Origin: Flavobacteriaceae bacterium
GTDB taxonomy: Bacteria > Bacteroidota > Bacteroidia > Flavobacteriales > Flavobacteriaceae
Direction: 5' to 3'
Assembly (NCBI GenBank): GCA_003963025.1
Contig: RXJZ01000039.1
Coordinates: forward strand, 3,249-67,248
Length of the DNA: 64,000 bases
Below the pieces are notes generated by a model. It was not told the origin of the DNA. It searched no databases and saw only the letters and a program-made list of their open reading frames with translations. Made by a program: the position numbers and the translations under genes. Below are positions 1-10,252 of this stretch, piece by piece (positions within the stretch are counted from its first letter, which is position 1; the number at the start of each line of letters is the position of its first letter).

Positions 1-1192
1 GTTTTTGAAAAACATCATTCCAATTCAAACCTAATTTATCTAATTTTTCTTCCTGCTTTTTGGTAGCTAGTAGAACAGAATTTCTAAGTAATAAAATTGG
101 AAACGTAACATCATTTGCTTCAAAATTAGATTTCAATTCTAACCAATACGCCAATTCGCCACCACCGCCAATGTAACAAAGGTTAGGTAAAATCACTTCT
201 TGATACAACGGACGTAAAATTACATTTGGACTAAAATTCTTAGGATTATTTTCTAATTCTGTTAGTATTTCGCTTTCTGAAAAAGATAAAGAAGTGTTGT
301 TGATTGCGTAATTTCCATTTTCATAAACAATACGTTCTCTCAAATCATCTTGAATATAAAACAAGTTAATTTCTCTTGGATTTACTTGTACATTATATCG
401 TTCTAATAAAGGAAGCGTCTCATTTACCTTTTTAAAAGAAGTTTGATGTAATAATTCTTCTTTAGCATACGGAATGAATAGTTTTTTTAGCTCTAAATCA
501 TCGCCATCAACAATTATCAAACCTTCATTTTTGAACAATTCATTCGCTAAATAACGCGTTGCATCCGCTAAATTAGTATGCTCTAAGTAGGATTTTTTAA
601 ATAATTCGCGAAGGTAGTTCGCATTGTTTCCTAAGCCTAATTCATTCGAAAATTGCTCAAAAACAAGTTCCAAACCTTCAGTGTTTAAACGCCCAACAGG
701 CCCCTTACTTTCTTTGTTCCACTGAATTTTCTTGCCTTTGAAATTGAAAAAATTAATTTCATCAAAATCATGATCTTCAGTCGCCATCCAATACACTGGG
801 ACAAAATTATGTTCAGGATAAACCGCTTTTAATTCTTTAGTTAAATTAATTACCGAAACAATTTTATACAAAAAATACAAAGGGCCAGTATACAAATTCA
901 ATTGATGACCAGTGGTAATGGTAAAGGTTTTTGTATCTTTTAAAAGTTTAATGTTATTTGAAGTAGTTTCAGAAACCTCAAAATTTTGATATTGATTTGC
1001 TAATGCTTTAGCTAAAATTTCACGGTTTTCAATTGGAAAATTTTTACTTTTCTCTTCCATTTGAAGATTGAAATTTTCTACTGTTGGAAATTGATTGTAT
1101 AACGATTTTAATTCAGCCTTTTGGTCTAAATAATCTACTATTAGTTTTGAAAAATATCCCGAATTTTGATACGTTATACAGTCGCTTGGCAT
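1..1192 (-). CDS. bshC: Bacillithiol biosynthesis cysteine-adding enzyme BshC (runs off the window start)
   Basis: Not in the ORF track. Manual minus-strand translation from ATG 1192 gives MPSDCITYQNSGYFSKLIVDYL..., with BshC motifs TGHQLNL, VPVYWMATEDHD and SPNVILRPLYQE...YIGGGGELAYW. Confidence 0.9.
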   Translation of the reverse strand, partial: MPSDCITYQNSGYFSKLIVDYLDQKAELKSLYNQFPTVENFNLQMEEKSKNFPIENREILAKALANQYQNFEVSETTSNNIKLLKDTKTFTITTGHQLNLYTGPLYFLYKIVSVINLTKELKAVYPEHNFVPVYWMATEDHDFDEINFFNFKGKKIQWNKESKGPVGRLNTEGLELVFEQFSNELGLGNNANYLRELFKKSYLEHTNLADATRYLANELFKNEGLIIVDGDDLELKKLFIPYAKEELLHQTSFKKVNETLPLLERYNVQVNPREINLFYIQDDLRERIVYENGNYAINNTSLSFSESEILTELENNPKNFSPNVILRPLYQEVILPNLCYIGGGGELAYWLELKSNFEANDVTFPILLLRNSVLLATKKQEEKLDKLGLNWNDVFQK

Positions 1193-1275
1193 TTTTGCAA
1201 ATTTTCTGCTAAAATAGTAAATTTATACATTTCCTAATCGTATTTAACAAGGAGTTAGGATTTCATAAAAAGCCT

Positions 1276-1283
1276 TACTTTTG
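1276..1283 (+). promoter_or_regulatory. Bacteroidota sigma70 -7 element (TACTTTTG)
   Basis: Matches TAnnTTTG. It overlaps the ORF-track start, so the true start is probably TTG at 1302. Confidence 0.55.
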
Positions 1284-1301
1284 CAGAAAACAAATTCATC
1301 C

Positions 1302-3491
1302 TTGAAAGACATTCTTTTAATCACACCGCCTTTTACCCAACTGAATACACCGTATCCAGCAACTGCCTATTTGAAAGGTTTTTTGAACACTAAAAACATT
1401 TCGGCTTACCAAATGGATTTAGGTATTGAAGTGATTTTAGAACTATTTTCCAAACAAGGTTTAGAACGTTTGTTTCAAGTTTCGATTTTCAGGTTGGAGG
1501 AATTTGGAGCAAATTCACAGCGAATTTTTACGTTAAAAGATGATTACATTAAAACAATCGATTCCGTAATCGCTTTTCTTCAAGGAAAAAATCCATCTTT
1601 AGCGCGACAAATTTGCTCTGGAAATTTTCTTCCTGAAGCCTCTCGTTTTGATCAATTAGACGATATGGAATTTGCATTTGGTTCGATGGGAATGCAAGAC
1701 AAAGCGAAACATTTAGCTACTTTATATCTTGAAGATTTATCGGATTTTATTGTAGAATGTGTCGATGAAAATTTCGGATTTAGTCGTTATGCAGAACGTT
1801 TGGGTAGAAGCGCCAATTCTTTTGATGAATTGTATAATCATTTACAAAATGAACTGACTTTTATCGACGAAATTACCATCAAAATTCTGAAAGAACGAAT
1901 TGAAGAAGTACAACCTAAATTGATTTGTTTTTCCGTTCCTTTTCCAGGGAATTTATACAGCGCTTTCCGTTGTGCGCAATTCATAAAAGCGAATTTTCCG
2001 AATTTAAAAACGGCAATGGGTGGCGGTTTCCCAAACACAGAACTACGCGAATTAAAAGACCAACGCGTTTTTGAATTCTTCGATTTTATTACATTAGATG
2101 ATGGCGAATTACCTATTGAATTAGTTTACGATTTTGTCACATCGAGCGAACTAGAGATGCCTTTAAAAAGAACATTTCTTCTAGAAAACAATCAAGTCAC
2201 ATATAAAAATAACTCCACTCGCCATGATTACAAACAAAGTGAAGTAGGAACTCCTGATTATTCTGATTTATTATTAGATAAATATATTTCTGTAATCGAA
2301 GTAGCCAATCCTATGCACAGTTTGTGGAGTGATGGTCGCTGGAATAAACTTACTATGGCTCACGGTTGCTATTGGGGAAAATGTACGTTTTGCGATATTT
2401 CGTTAGATTACATCAAGTTATACGAACCCATCGCTGCCAAAATTTTGGTCGACCGAATGGAAGAATTAATCGCTCAAACAGGGGAAAACGGATTCCATTT
2501 TGTAGATGAAGCAGCACCGCCAGCCTTAATGCGTGAAGTCGCTTTGGAAATTATCAAACGTAAATTACTAGTCACTTGGTGGACCAACATTCGTTTTGAA
2601 AAAAGTTTTACGGCTGATTTGTGTTTGTTGCTAAAAGAATCGGGGTGTATTGCGGTTTCTGGTGGATTAGAAGTGGCTTCAGACCGACTTTTAGAACTAA
2701 TCAAAAAAGGAGTAACCGTCGAACAAGTTGCACAAGTAACCAGAAATTTCACAGAATCGGGAATAATGGTGCATGCTTATTTGATGTACGGCTATCCAAC
2801 ACAAACCATTCAAGAAACGGTGGATAGTTTGGAAATGGTGCGCCAATTGTTTGAATTGGGTATTTTGCAAAGTGGTTTTTGGCATCAATTTGCCATGACA
2901 GCGCATTCACCTGTGGGAATGTTTCCGGAAGAATTCGGTGTAATTCCGGAGCAAAATGAAATTATGTTTGCTAATAATGATATCAATTTCAAAGACAAAA
3001 CTGGAATCAATCATGATAAGTTTAGTTACGGATTGAAAAAATCGTTATTCAATTACATGCACGGAATTTGTTTCGATTACGACTTACAAGATTGGTTCGA
3101 TTTTAAGATTCCAAAAACCAAAATTCCATCGGATTACATCTATAATTGTCTTCAAAATGAACAAAATTTTACCACTAAACCCAATGCTAAAATCGTTTGG
3201 CTAGGAGGCACACCTCTAACAGAAATCTATACGAAATCGAAAAAAGGGAATAGTTGGGAAATGATGAAATTAACGTTTCATAACAAAACCCAATCTTATG
3301 ATATTTCTTTAAATGCCGAAGAAGGAAAATGGTTGGTGAAAACTTTAGATAAAATTTCAGTTTTTGCAGAAAACAAAATAACTTTTTCGCAATTAAAAAC
3401 CGACTTTGAACAAAAATGGGAGGATTTTGAATTGTTTTGGTATTCAAAACCCATGATGACTTTAAAACAATTTGGTTTAGTATCCTTGTAA
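1302..3491 (+). CDS. B12-binding-domain radical SAM protein
   Basis: CYWGKCTFC (CxxxCxxC), an N-terminal cobalamin-binding-like region and FVDEA. Confidence 0.85.
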   Translation: MKDILLITPPFTQLNTPYPATAYLKGFLNTKNISAYQMDLGIEVILELFSKQGLERLFQVSIFRLEEFGANSQRIFTLKDDYIKTIDSVIAFLQGKNPSLARQICSGNFLPEASRFDQLDDMEFAFGSMGMQDKAKHLATLYLEDLSDFIVECVDENFGFSRYAERLGRSANSFDELYNHLQNELTFIDEITIKILKERIEEVQPKLICFSVPFPGNLYSAFRCAQFIKANFPNLKTAMGGGFPNTELRELKDQRVFEFFDFITLDDGELPIELVYDFVTSSELEMPLKRTFLLENNQVTYKNNSTRHDYKQSEVGTPDYSDLLLDKYISVIEVANPMHSLWSDGRWNKLTMAHGCYWGKCTFCDISLDYIKLYEPIAAKILVDRMEELIAQTGENGFHFVDEAAPPALMREVALEIIKRKLLVTWWTNIRFEKSFTADLCLLLKESGCIAVSGGLEVASDRLLELIKKGVTVEQVAQVTRNFTESGIMVHAYLMYGYPTQTIQETVDSLEMVRQLFELGILQSGFWHQFAMTAHSPVGMFPEEFGVIPEQNEIMFANNDINFKDKTGINHDKFSYGLKKSLFNYMHGICFDYDLQDWFDFKIPKTKIPSDYIYNCLQNEQNFTTKPNAKIVWLGGTPLTEIYTKSKKGNSWEMMKLTFHNKTQSYDISLNAEEGKWLVKTLDKISVFAENKITFSQLKTDFEQKWEDFELFWYSKPMMTLKQFGLVSL

Positions 3492-3581
3492 AACCTATAG
3501 CATTTTTACAAATTTTATGAGATTTGGCATTTACGAAAACGTTTTCTTTTCGTAAGTTTACATCCACTAAAAAAATCTCAT

Positions 3582-4067
3582 ATGAGCGCAAATTATAAAC
3601 TTTTAGTAAACAATTCCGCTTCGTTTGAAGTTACTGAAAACGATCTTCAAAAATTAGACGCCGTAAAGGTAGAAGCAACAAAGTTTCACGTACTAAAAGA
3701 CAATAAACCTTACAAAGCTGAAATTGTTTCGGCTGATTTTATTTCCAAAAAATATACCGTAAAAGTTAATAACAACATTTATGAAGTGGCGATTTCTGGT
3801 GCTATTGATGAGTTAATCAAAAGTATGGGAATTGAGCGAGGAAGAACTAAAGTTGTTAATGCTATCAAAGCGCCAATGCCAGGTTTGATTTTAGAAATCA
3901 ACGTTTCGGTTGGACAAGAGGTAAAAGAAAACGATCCTTTATTGATTTTAGAAGCCATGAAAATGGAAAACTGTTTCCTTTCACCAAGAGATGGAGTTAT
4001 CAAATCAATTGCCGTTGAAAAAGGGAATGCAGTAGATAAAGGACAATTGTTAATTGAATTCGAATAA
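3582..4067 (+). CDS. Biotin carboxyl carrier subunit of an acyl-CoA carboxylase
   Basis: APMPG and EAMKMEN biotinylation motif. Confidence 0.92.
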   Translation: MSANYKLLVNNSASFEVTENDLQKLDAVKVEATKFHVLKDNKPYKAEIVSADFISKKYTVKVNNNIYEVAISGAIDELIKSMGIERGRTKVVNAIKAPMPGLILEINVSVGQEVKENDPLLILEAMKMENCFLSPRDGVIKSIAVEKGNAVDKGQLLIEFE

Positions 4068-4068
4068 G

Positions 4069-5517
4069 ATGAAAGAAATTAAAAAAATATTAGTTGCCAA
4101 TCGAGGTGAAATTGCTATTAGAGTAATGAAAACCGCGAAAAAAATGGGAATCAAAACGGTGGCGGTTTATTCGTCAGCCGATAGAAATGCATTACATGTT
4201 AAATATGCGGATGAAGCGGTTTTAATTGGTGAAGCAGCTTCTAGTCAATCGTATTTACGTGGTGATAAAATTATTGAAGTTTGTAAAGAACTTGGAGTTG
4301 ATGCGGTACATCCAGGTTACGGATTTTTAAGTGAAAACTCATCTTTCGCAGAAGCTTGTGAAAAAAATAATATCATTTTCATCGGACCAAAATCGAAAGC
4401 GATTGAAATGATGGGAAGTAAATTAGCAGCAAAAGATGCTGTTAAAGCATACGGAATTCCAATGGTTCCAGGAACTGAAGATGCTATTACCGATATTGAA
4501 GCAGCTAAGAAAATTGCAACAGAAATTGGTTTTCCAATTCTAATCAAAGCTTCAGCTGGTGGTGGAGGAAAGGGAATGCGAGTGGTGGAAAAAGCAGAAG
4601 ATTTTGTTTCTCAAATGGATAGAGCGATTTCGGAAGCAACGAATGCGTTTGGAGACGGTTCGGTTTTCATTGAAAAATATGTTTCGAAACCGCGTCACAT
4701 CGAAATTCAAGTCATGGCGGATAGTCATGGAAATATTGTATATGTTTTCGAAAGAGAATGTAGCATCCAACGTCGTCACCAAAAAGTAGTTGAAGAAGCA
4801 CCTTCAGCAATTTTGACTCCAGAAAAACGTAAAGAAATGGGCGAAGCTGCAGTAAAAGTAGCTAAAGCTTGTGATTATTTAGGAGCAGGAACCGTTGAGT
4901 TTTTGATGGACGCTGACCATAATTTCTATTTCTTAGAAATGAATACTCGTTTGCAAGTTGAACATCCAGTTTCTGAATTAATTTCGGGATTGGACTTAGT
5001 AGAATTGCAAATTCGTGTAGCTCGTGGTGAAGCTTTACCAATGAAGCAAGAAGACTTACAAATCAAAGGTCACGCTATGGAACTTCGAGTGTATGCCGAA
5101 GATCCAATGAATGATTTCTTGCCAAACGTAGGTTTTTTAAGTACTTACAAATTACCAGAAGGTGAAGGAATTCGAGTAGATAACGGAATCGAAGAAGGAA
5201 TGGATGTACCAATTTACTACGATCCAATGCTTTCAAAATTGATTACCTACGGAAATACGCGTGAAGAATCTATCGAATTAATGATTAAAGCAATTGATAA
5301 TTATTTAGTTGAAGGAGTTCACACTACGTTACCTTTCGGGAAATTTGTTATGGAGCATGAAGCCTTCCGTTCAGGTGATTTTGATACAGGATTTGTGAAA
5401 GCATATTACGATGCTGAAAAATTAAAATCAAAATTAGATACGGAAGCCGAAATCGCAGCCATGATTGCATTTCAACAATACGTAGAAGATCAAAAAGTAC
5501 TAAGATTGCCAAATTAA
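4069..5517 (+). CDS. accC: Biotin carboxylase subunit
   Basis: ILVANRGEIA, HPGYGFLSEN, GGGGKGMR, ECSIQRRHQK and EMNTRLQVEH. Start moved to ATG 4069. Confidence 0.93.
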   Translation: MKEIKKILVANRGEIAIRVMKTAKKMGIKTVAVYSSADRNALHVKYADEAVLIGEAASSQSYLRGDKIIEVCKELGVDAVHPGYGFLSENSSFAEACEKNNIIFIGPKSKAIEMMGSKLAAKDAVKAYGIPMVPGTEDAITDIEAAKKIATEIGFPILIKASAGGGGKGMRVVEKAEDFVSQMDRAISEATNAFGDGSVFIEKYVSKPRHIEIQVMADSHGNIVYVFERECSIQRRHQKVVEEAPSAILTPEKRKEMGEAAVKVAKACDYLGAGTVEFLMDADHNFYFLEMNTRLQVEHPVSELISGLDLVELQIRVARGEALPMKQEDLQIKGHAMELRVYAEDPMNDFLPNVGFLSTYKLPEGEGIRVDNGIEEGMDVPIYYDPMLSKLITYGNTREESIELMIKAIDNYLVEGVHTTLPFGKFVMEHEAFRSGDFDTGFVKAYYDAEKLKSKLDTEAEIAAMIAFQQYVEDQKVLRLPN

Positions 5518-5551
5518 TTGGCACATCGACAAATTGTCTAATTGACTCATT
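5515..5551. repeat. Degenerate octamer tandem repeat (GGCACATC GACAAATT GTCTAATT GACTCATT)
   Basis: 8-bp period. The 12-mer TAATTGGCACAT is identical to 30039-30050. Confidence 0.7.
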
Positions 5552-5559
5552 GAAAGAAA

Positions 5560-7101
5560 ATGGAAGATAAAATCAAAATATTAAACGATAAAATCGCTTT
5601 AGCCAAATTAGGTGGAGGCGAAAAAAGAATAGCAGCACTTCACGCTAAAAAAAGATTAACAGCAAGAGAACGTGTCGAATATTTATTAGACGAAGGTTCG
5701 TTTGAAGAAATCGGAATGTTAGTTACACACCGTACTACCGATTTCGGAATGGAAAAAGAAATCATTTATGGTGATGGAGTTGTAACAGGTTACGGAACCA
5801 TCAACGGAAGATTGGTATATGTTTTTGCTCAAGATTTCACGGTTTTTGGAGGTTCGTTATCAGAAACGCATGCCGAAAAAATCTGTAAAGTAATGGATAT
5901 GGCAGTGAAGAATGGTGCTCCAATGATTGGATTAAACGATTCAGGTGGTGCTCGTATTCAGGAAGGTGTGCGTTCATTAGGAGGTTATGCTGATATTTTC
6001 TACAGAAATGTTCAAGCTTCTGGAGTAATCCCTCAAATCTCAGCTATTATGGGACCTTGTGCTGGTGGAGCAGTTTATTCTCCAGCCATGACCGATTTTA
6101 CCATGATGGTGGAAAACAACAGTTATATGTTTGTAACTGGTCCAAACGTTGTGAAAACCGTTACTAATGAAGAAGTAACTTCTGAAGAATTAGGTGGAGC
6201 TGCAACGCACGCATCAAAATCAGGAGTTTGTCATATTACGTCTCCTAATGGAGTAGAATGTTTGGAAGATATTAAACGATTATTGAGTTACATCCCACAA
6301 AATAATAGAGAAACAACGCCAAAATTGCCTTATGAATTTCAAGATGAGGTTCGCGAAAAATTAGATACACTTGTGCCTGATAGCGCGAATAAACCTTACG
6401 ACATGCACGAAGTAATCAGCGGAATTATTGATGAAGATTCGTTCTTTGAAATTCATAAAGATTTTGCCGAAAATATTATTGTAGGTTTCGCTCGTTTAGG
6501 CGGAAGAAGTATCGGAATTGTTGCGAATCAACCAATGGTTTTAGCCGGTTGTTTAGATGTAAATAGTTCGATTAAAGCAGCAAGATTTGTTCGTTTTTGT
6601 GATTGTTTCAATATTCCTTTATTAGTATTAGAAGACGTACCAGGATTCTTACCTGGAACAGACCAAGAATGGAACGGAATCATTACGCATGGAGCAAAAT
6701 TATTATATGCCTTTAGTGAAGCGACAGTTCCAAGAGTTACTGTAATTACTCGTAAAGCGTATGGTGGAGCTTATGATGTAATGAATTCAAAACATATTGG
6801 TGCTGATATGAATTTTGCTTGGCCAAGTGCTGAAATTGCCGTAATGGGAGCAAAAGGAGCTTCGGAAATTATCTTCAAAAAAGAAATTAGTGAAGCAGCT
6901 GATCCAATGGCTAAATTAGCAGAAAAAGAAGCAGAATATGCCGAGTTATTTGCGAATCCTTACACAGCAGCACAACGTGGATTTATTGATGAGGTTATTT
7001 TACCTAGAGATACACGAAGAAAATTAATAAAAGCGTTTAGTATGTTAGAAAACAAAGTGGTCGATACACCAAAACGCAAACATGGAAATATTCCGTTGTA
7101 A
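5560..7101 (+). CDS. pccB: Propionyl/acyl-CoA carboxylase carboxyltransferase beta subunit
   Basis: [27 protein letters not shown] and the C-terminal KHGNIPL. Confidence 0.88.
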   Translation: MEDKIKILNDKIALAKLGGGEKRIAALHAKKRLTARERVEYLLDEGSFEEIGMLVTHRTTDFGMEKEIIYGDGVVTGYGTINGRLVYVFAQDFTVFGGSLSETHAEKICKVMDMAVKNGAPMIGLNDSGGARIQEGVRSLGGYADIFYRNVQASGVIPQISAIMGPCAGGAVYSPAMTDFTMMVENNSYMFVTGPNVVKTVTNEEVTSEELGGAATHASKSGVCHITSPNGVECLEDIKRLLSYIPQNNRETTPKLPYEFQDEVREKLDTLVPDSANKPYDMHEVISGIIDEDSFFEIHKDFAENIIVGFARLGGRSIGIVANQPMVLAGCLDVNSSIKAARFVRFCDCFNIPLLVLEDVPGFLPGTDQEWNGIITHGAKLLYAFSEATVPRVTVITRKAYGGAYDVMNSKHIGADMNFAWPSAEIAVMGAKGASEIIFKKEISEAADPMAKLAEKEAEYAELFANPYTAAQRGFIDEVILPRDTRRKLIKAFSMLENKVVDTPKRKHGNIPL

Positions 7102-7115
7102 TTTAAAATAATGTT

Positions 7116-7145
7116 AAAACTCCCTTTTTGAAGGGAGTTTTTTTT
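7116..7145 (+). terminator. Rho-independent terminator
   Basis: AAAACTCCCTT-ttg-AAGGGAGTTTT followed by a T-run. Confidence 0.8.
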
Positions 7146-7192
7146 ATCTTGCAACCGTCAAATTAGCTATAATCCATCTAAATTAATTCTAA

Positions 7193-8347
7193 ATGAAATT
7201 ATTCCAAATTATAACTTTTTTTCTATTCTTCTGTAGTAGTGTTGTTTTTTCTCAAAAGACAATTAAACATACAGTGGTTTCGGGTGAATCCATTTATTCT
7301 ATTGCTAAAAAGTATGATGTTAGTGAATCCGACATTTATGAATTAAATCCAAAATCGAAAGGCGCTTTACTACAGTTAAAAACTGTTTTGTTGATTCCCA
7401 ATAAAAAATCAAAATCTAAGAGCAATAAAGAAGTTTCTTCATCAAAAAACGCTACCGAAACACACATAGTGGAATCGGGTGAATCGCTTTACAAGATTGC
7501 TAAAAAATACGATATTAGTTTAGAAAAATTAAAAGAATTAAATCCCGATATCAAGCCAGAATCAATTCAAATTGGAGATAAAATAGTTGTTTCTGCAAAA
7601 AAAGTAAAAGAGGTTCCTAAAGAAAAAGAAGCTCCTAAAGAAAATAAACCTAAAGAAATAAAAACAGTAGTTACTGAAATATCCAATCCAACTAATATGG
7701 ATGCTAATTTATGTACAGATGAATTAGGAAATAAAGTGCACACAGTAACCAAGGGCGAAACTTTATATAGACTTTCAAAAAAGTACAAAGTTAGTGTTAA
7801 AGATTTGGAAGAAATGAACCCTGAAATTATTGCTAATTTACCTATCGGATATGAAGTTGTAATTAAAAAAGGAGATGTAGAGTTAGCAAAGCATCAAAAT
7901 GAGATTGTAAGTGGTCCAAAAGATATTGAAGAGCTTTCTCCAGAAAATATGTCTAAAGCTGAATTTTTAATTGCTGTAGCTTCACAACATATTGGAACTA
8001 GATATAGAGGTGGTGGAACTACTAGTGCTGGTTTTGACTGCTCTGGATTAATGTTTTCTACTTTTAAACATATTGATATGACTTTGCCTCGTTCTTCAAG
8101 TTCAATGGCGGTAGGAGCGGGTTATAAAATTGACAGAAGTCAAGCACAAAAAGGCGATTTAATTTTTTTTACAACCAATGGTAGAGGGAGTATCAATCAC
8201 GTGGGAATGATTACCGAAATAATTGGTGATGAAATTAAGTTTATTCATTCCTCTGTTCAAGCTGGGGTTATTATTTCATCTACGGAAGAACCTTACTACA
8301 AAAAACGTTTCATTCAAATTAATCGTGTTTTAGAAAATAATCGATAG
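7193..8347 (+). CDS. LysM-repeat NlpC/P60 (C40) peptidoglycan endopeptidase
   Basis: Signal peptide, three LysM repeats (e.g. HTVVSGESIYSIAKKY), GFDCSG and the catalytic His in NHVG. Confidence 0.9.
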   Translation: MKLFQIITFFLFFCSSVVFSQKTIKHTVVSGESIYSIAKKYDVSESDIYELNPKSKGALLQLKTVLLIPNKKSKSKSNKEVSSSKNATETHIVESGESLYKIAKKYDISLEKLKELNPDIKPESIQIGDKIVVSAKKVKEVPKEKEAPKENKPKEIKTVVTEISNPTNMDANLCTDELGNKVHTVTKGETLYRLSKKYKVSVKDLEEMNPEIIANLPIGYEVVIKKGDVELAKHQNEIVSGPKDIEELSPENMSKAEFLIAVASQHIGTRYRGGGTTSAGFDCSGLMFSTFKHIDMTLPRSSSSMAVGAGYKIDRSQAQKGDLIFFTTNGRGSINHVGMITEIIGDEIKFIHSSVQAGVIISSTEEPYYKKRFIQINRVLENNR

Positions 8348-8355
8348 TTTTCTAC

Positions 8356-8369
8356 ATGATATTTATCAT
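8356..8369. promoter_or_regulatory. FNR/CRP-like palindrome ATGAT-N4-ATCAT
   Basis: Identical copy at 10182-10195. Both copies lie 22 nt upstream of a -7-like element. Confidence 0.6.
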
Positions 8370-8419
8370 TTTACTTCTAACTACTAGCATGTAAATTCGT
8401 AACTTCTAAAAGTTATGTC

Positions 8420-9838
8420 ATGAAAGTAGAACAAATTTATACAGGTTGCATTGCGCATGCTGCTTATTACGTTGAAAATAATGGTGAAGCCGCTATTTTT
8501 GATCCATTACGAGAAGTTCAACCTTATATTGATCGTGCTAAAAAAGATAATGCTAAAATCAAATATGTTTTTGAAACGCATTTTCATGCTGATTTTGTCA
8601 GCGGTCATCTAGATTTAAAAGCAAAAACGGGAGCTCAAATTGTTTTTGGCCCTACAGCAAAACCTAATTATGATGCTTTGATTGCCTCTGATGGTCAAAT
8701 TTTTACCATTGGAAATTATAAAATAAAAGCCATTCATACGCCAGGTCATACCATGGAAAGTACAACGTACTTGTTGATTGATGAAAACGATAAGGAACAT
8801 GGAATTATTTCAGGTGATACTTTATTTATTGGTGATGTAGGGCGACCAGATTTGGCCCAACACGTGATTGCTGATTTAACTCAAGATAAATTAGCTCGCT
8901 TATTATATCATTCGCTTCGCGAGAAAATCACGCCGCTATCTGATGATTTAATTGTATATCCAAATCATGGAGCAGGTAGTGCTTGCGGAAAAAATATGAG
9001 TAAGGAAACTACAGATACTTTAGGAAATCAAAAACGAACCAATTATGCGCTTCGTCCTGATATGACAGAAGACGAATTTGTAAATGAATTACTTGCGGGA
9101 TTAACAACGCCGCCGGGTTATTTTCCAAAAAATGTATTATTAAATTTAAAAGGATATGAATCCTTAGATAAAGTGATTGAGAAAGGTAAAAAGCCATTGA
9201 ATCCAAATGACTTTGAAACTTTAGCAAATGTTTCTGGTGCTTTAATTTTAGACACGCGAAATGCCAATGATTTTGCAAAAGGCTTTATTCCAAATAGCAT
9301 TAATATTGGAATCGATGGTAGTTTTGCTATGTGGGTTGGAGAAATGATTTCCGATATCAATCAAGCTATTCTTTTAGTTACTGAACCTGGTAGGGAAGAA
9401 GAATGTATGATTCGACTTTCTAGAGTTGGATATGATAATACTATCGGTTATTTAGAAGGTGGATTTGCATCATGGAAACAATCAGGAAAAGAAATAGATA
9501 CTTTGAAACGAATTACAGGTAAACAGTTAGAAGAAATGCTTCAAACAGCGGATTTGCCATTATTTGATGTTCGTAAGAAAAGTGAATTTGATTCGGAGCA
9601 TTTATTAAATTCAGAAAATATTCCATTAAACCAATTGAATACTAAATTAGAAAGTTTTCCAAATGACAAATCTTTCGTGATTTATTGCGCTGGAGGTTAT
9701 CGCAGTATGATAGCTGCTTCCATTTTAAAACAACGAGGCTTTGATAATTTTATAGATGTTTCAGGTGGTTTATATGAAATTGCTAAGACAACTCAATTAC
9801 CTAAAACGGTTTATGTTTGTCCTTCAACATTGTTATAA
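8420..9838 (+). CDS. MBL-fold persulfide dioxygenase-rhodanese fusion (CstB-like)
   Basis: THFHADF, HTPGHT, GDTLFIGDVGRPDL and two rhodanese domains (CAGGYRS). Confidence 0.85.
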   Translation: MKVEQIYTGCIAHAAYYVENNGEAAIFDPLREVQPYIDRAKKDNAKIKYVFETHFHADFVSGHLDLKAKTGAQIVFGPTAKPNYDALIASDGQIFTIGNYKIKAIHTPGHTMESTTYLLIDENDKEHGIISGDTLFIGDVGRPDLAQHVIADLTQDKLARLLYHSLREKITPLSDDLIVYPNHGAGSACGKNMSKETTDTLGNQKRTNYALRPDMTEDEFVNELLAGLTTPPGYFPKNVLLNLKGYESLDKVIEKGKKPLNPNDFETLANVSGALILDTRNANDFAKGFIPNSINIGIDGSFAMWVGEMISDINQAILLVTEPGREEECMIRLSRVGYDNTIGYLEGGFASWKQSGKEIDTLKRITGKQLEEMLQTADLPLFDVRKKSEFDSEHLLNSENIPLNQLNTKLESFPNDKSFVIYCAGGYRSMIAASILKQRGFDNFIDVSGGLYEIAKTTQLPKTVYVCPSTLL

Positions 9839-9868
9839 CAAAAAACCGCTTTTAAGCGGTTTTTTGTT
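9837..9868. terminator. Bidirectional terminator
   Basis: AAAAAACCGCTT-tt-AAGCGGTTTTTT between convergent genes. Confidence 0.8.
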
Positions 9869-9888
9869 GGTGTTGATTTAAAAAAGGT

Positions 9889-10125
9889 TTAGCTATCTTT
9901 TAAAAAGTTAAAAATTTCATCTTTTAGAAATACACGATCTTTTCTTAGATGCGATAATTCATCATCCATTGCTAGTTCTTCGTCTTTTTCAATTTTATAT
10001 ATTTTTTCATCTAATTCCGTATACGAATGAAGTAAAACTTGAAATTCATCATTGTGATGATACAAGTCTTTAATCTTGTCAGCGTATTCTGGAAAATCTT
10101 GGTAAATTGGATGTTTAGTTATCAT
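9889..10125 (-). CDS. DUF465/YdcH family protein
   Basis: 78 aa, with HPIYQDFPEY...LRKDRVFLKDEI pattern. Confidence 0.7.
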   Translation of the reverse strand: MITKHPIYQDFPEYADKIKDLYHHNDEFQVLLHSYTELDEKIYKIEKDEELAMDDELSHLRKDRVFLKDEIFNFLKDS

Positions 10126-10181
10126 AATGCTGGTTTTTAAGTTTCTATACTCAAAGTTACCTATAAAAAAACAGCCTTGAT

Positions 10182-10195
10182 ATGATATTTATCAT
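10182..10195. promoter_or_regulatory. FNR/CRP-like palindrome ATGAT-N4-ATCAT
   Basis: Identical to 8356-8369. A minus-strand TAACTTTG at 10159-10152 lies 22 nt away. Confidence 0.6.
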
Positions 10196-10252
10196 TTTAA
10201 ATAAAAAATCCTTACAAGGTTAATGTAAGGATTGTAAAATAATGTTATTTAA

